Positions 61,526 through 64,000 of a DNA stretch of 64,000 nucleotides are shown here, piece after piece (positions within the stretch are counted from its first letter, which is position 1; each line of letters opens with the position of its first letter). The translations under genes were made by a program, and so were the position numbers. Source of the stretch: Macrostomum hystrix (lineage: Eukaryota; Animalia; Platyhelminthes); NCBI GenBank assembly GCA_950097015.1, contig CATNEN010000038.1, positions 28,706,001-28,770,000 on the forward strand. Reading direction: 5' to 3'. Below the pieces are notes generated by a model that was given only the letters and a program-made list of their open reading frames with translations, was not told where the DNA came from and did not search any database.

Positions 61526-62380
61526 TTAAATGGTACAATAGTTCCTAAGAATCCAGAACTCACACATTTCAACCGGCCTCTTCACCAATCGCTTCAGCAC
61601 AGCATCCTGTCCGAGCTGGCATTCCGGCTTTAAATCGGCCTCGAAGTCAACGAAGCTTTGCCGCAGCACCTCCCTGGCTGTGTCCAATTTCACTAGGCAG
61701 TCGGGCAGAACGGAAGATACATTCTGGACCAGCCTGCAGCCGGGATTCTCGTTGTCCTCACTGACAGAGGCCACCAGCGTGACCTCGGCTTGGTTTTGAC
61801 GGCACAGCAGGGCCTGTCGGGCAATAACCAGCTGATGACCCTCTGGCACGAAGCCGTTCTCGTTGATGAAAACCTTGCCTGAGTTCATCATGGTGGTAAA
61901 GAACAGTCCGGAGTCGCCGACATCGATGTTCAAGGCAAGGCAGAGACCGGTCTCTAACGACGGCGTCATCCCATTCAGAGTGACGTCACCATAGGGCAGG
62001 CGGCCCTTTAGATAGCACGAGGGCTTCACAACAGCCGAATACTGCTGGGTGCTGTCGCTGCTAGCAGAGTTGGGCAGACTGCGAACGACGTGCGTAACCT
62101 TGCCAGTGAACACGAGATTGGCCGTCAGGAAGCGAGTAGCCGTCAGCTTCAGATCTCTGAAATTTGAGCTTGCAGTTGAACTGGAAGCCTCGCCGAAAAT
62201 GTGAGTCAAGCTGGCCAAACGTTGAGCGCAGCCGTTCAGTGAGACTCGGGCCAAGTTGAACATTTGCTGAGCCGCGGCATAGTTGCAATCTGCAGACGCA
62301 TCCGTGACCTGGCTTGCTGGCCAAGCGACAATCAACAATACAGCGAGCAGCGAGAGGCAGCGACATAAGTTGACTGCCAT
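61526..62380 (-). CDS. Secreted protein with an NtA (agrin N-terminal, TIMP/NTR-like OB fold) domain
   Basis: Signal peptide MAVNLCRCLSLLAVLLIVAWPASQ; ANLVFTGKV...YSAVVKPSCYLKG...VTLNGM...C...IDVGDSGLFF parallels agrin NtA. A possible donor at 61563 makes the 3' end uncertain. Confidence 0.75.
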   Translation of the reverse strand: MAVNLCRCLSLLAVLLIVAWPASQVTDASADCNYAAAQQMFNLARVSLNGCAQRLASLTHIFGEASSSTASSNFRDLKLTATRFLTANLVFTGKVTHVVRSLPNSASSDSTQQYSAVVKPSCYLKGRLPYGDVTLNGMTPSLETGLCLALNIDVGDSGLFFTTMMNSGKVFINENGFVPEGHQLVIARQALLCRQNQAEVTLVASVSEDNENPGCRLVQNVSSVLPDCLVKLDTAREVLRQSFVDFEADLKPECQLGQDAVLKRLVKRPVEMCEFWILRNYCTI

Positions 62381-63079
62381 GTTCGGGAGATTGTTAAGTC
62401 CGATGTTAGTTTGAGTAAATCGTACTAGCAGATCAAATGGCTGTGCTCTATGGCTTACACTAGTGACTAGGCCTTTTTAGCAATTCACTGCTGCCTTGAT
62501 TGGCCTGCTCATCTGCCCTGCCCCTCTCCTTTCTTCCTCTTTGCTCCACTCACCTCGCCTACTCTGGCTCCAAATTCCTCTCCCAAACACTCTCTCCCTC
62601 GTTCTCTTATAATTTTTTTTTACACAAGTAAGTTCAGAGGCCGTCCGTTTGACGACTGGCGCGACAAACCTCCCACCTCCAGTGCCAACCGTGGCCTCGC
62701 TATCGTACCCCAGCAACTAGGCTCTAAGCCACCAATATACGTTGGCCAATGATTTGCATTCGTTATTTAAATTATACATTGAGACAGTAGAAAAACAAAT
62801 CAGGAGTCCTAACCTAACGCGGGATCAAGGTACGAGAATACGAGTTTTATTTATATATATACATATATATATATATACGGTCGTATATATACACTTCAAT
62901 TACTTGTAAATTGTCTGGCAGTTTGTTTAGGCAATAAAAGCGAAATTTAATCGAGATCGAATGTAACATTAACAATCGATATAAGTTGTCTTTCGAAAGT
63001 CACTCTTCAGAAGATTGAATTAACTTATTCATTCAAATTCATGGCTACTACAAGGTCGACAAAATTTAACAAAAATGGC

Positions 63080-63141
63080 CACCAGCATCAGCTGGGGAAG
63101 AATTTGGTGTATGTGGCGGCCTGTAGTCCATGGACTGTACA
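63080..63141 (+). mobile_element. SINE family 2 fragment
   Basis: ACCAGCATCAGCTGGG...TGTGGCG...AGTCCATGGACTG. Confidence 0.55.
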
Positions 63142-63171
63142 ATCTTCATTGCCTGGAAAATAACCAGGCAA

Positions 63172-63551
63172 TCTACTTGGATACTGAGGGAGAGAATGGC
63201 AGTCCACTTGGATACTGAGGAAGAGAATGGCAGTCCACTTGGATACTGAGGGAGAGAATGGCAGTCCACTTGGATACTGAGGGAGAGAATTATGGCAGTC
63301 CACTTGGATACTGAGGGAGAGAATTATGGCAGTCCACTTGGATACTGCGGGAGAGAATAGCAGTCCACTTGGATACTGAGGGAGAGAATAGCAGTCCACT
63401 TGGATACTGCGGGAGAGAATGGCAGTCCACTTGGATACTGAGGGAGAGAATAGCAGTCCACTTGGATACTGAGGGAGAGAATTATGGCAGTCCACTTGGA
63501 TACTGCGGGAGAGAATGGCAGTTCACTTGGAAACTGAGGGAGAGAATGGCA
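63172..63551. repeat. Minisatellite, 31/34-bp unit (CACTTGGATACTGAGGGAGAGAATGGCAGTC)
   Basis: About 12 tandem copies. Confidence 0.92.
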
Positions 63552-63600
63552 TGCAGTTCTCCTAAAGATGACATTTCATGAAGCAATTTTTCTGAATCCG

Positions 63601-63988
63601 TCAAAAGTACAACCGAATTCTGGTCTCAATCGGTCGACGGCACATGTGACAGACGGTCAACTGTCTGGCGCAGTCGCGGCAAGCTTGATGCCCGCAGCCG
63701 AAAGCCACGCAGACGTTGGCTGTGACGCAGACGCGGCACTGGAATCGATCATCCTGTTGATGATCGGACAGCGGCAGTTCAGACTCCGTTGACGACGATG
63801 ATGGCGAAAGCGATGCATCGTCTTCTGTTGAAGATGCTGGTGAATTTAGGCCCTCCTTGGTCTCAATAAGACGATTGCAGCGCAGACAAACTGGAGTGAA
63901 CACAGCGCATCTGCGGCATGCGATGCGGTGACCGCACGGCTGGTAGGTGACGCTTGAGTCCTCACAGCGGCACACTGAGCAGAGATCT
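63601..63988 (-). CDS. Last exon of a Mind-bomb-like E3 ubiquitin ligase (two C-terminal C3HC4 RING fingers)
   Basis: CSVC...YQPCGHRIACRRC...CLRC and CRVC...FGCGHQACRDC...CHMCRRPIETRIRLYF*, the tandem RING ending typical of MIB1/MIB2; acceptor TGTAG at 63989. The rest of the gene lies outside the window. Confidence 0.75.
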
Positions 63989-64000
63989 CTACAGATGCGT

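Overview
Eukaryotic (metazoan) genomic DNA with GT-AG introns, intronic minisatellites and two tRNA-derived SINE families. The style suggests a free-living flatworm such as Macrostomum, but this is inference only. I hand-spliced six genes, with frame-consistent exon phases for the multi-exon models: (1) the 5' part of an unknown low-complexity protein (-); (2) a 9-exon TTLL4-like tubulin polyglutamylase (-); (3) a 4-exon SV2-like MFS transporter (+); (4) a 26-exon, ~4,066-aa secreted protein (-); (5) a 3-exon secreted double-cystine-knot peptide (-); (6) a secreted NtA-domain protein (-). The last exon of a Mind-bomb-like double-RING E3 ligase (-) lies at the right edge. Gene 4 (28084-46141) is the standout. 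It has a signal peptide, an acidic pro-region ending in KR, dozens of Lys/Arg/Cys-rich ~40-aa hairpin-like modules and four VWA domains. Two of the VWA domains are inserted inside the Cys-closed loop of a module, and the gene has grown by very recent near-identical internal duplications. It is a candidate novel glue, mucus or rhabdite structural protein.
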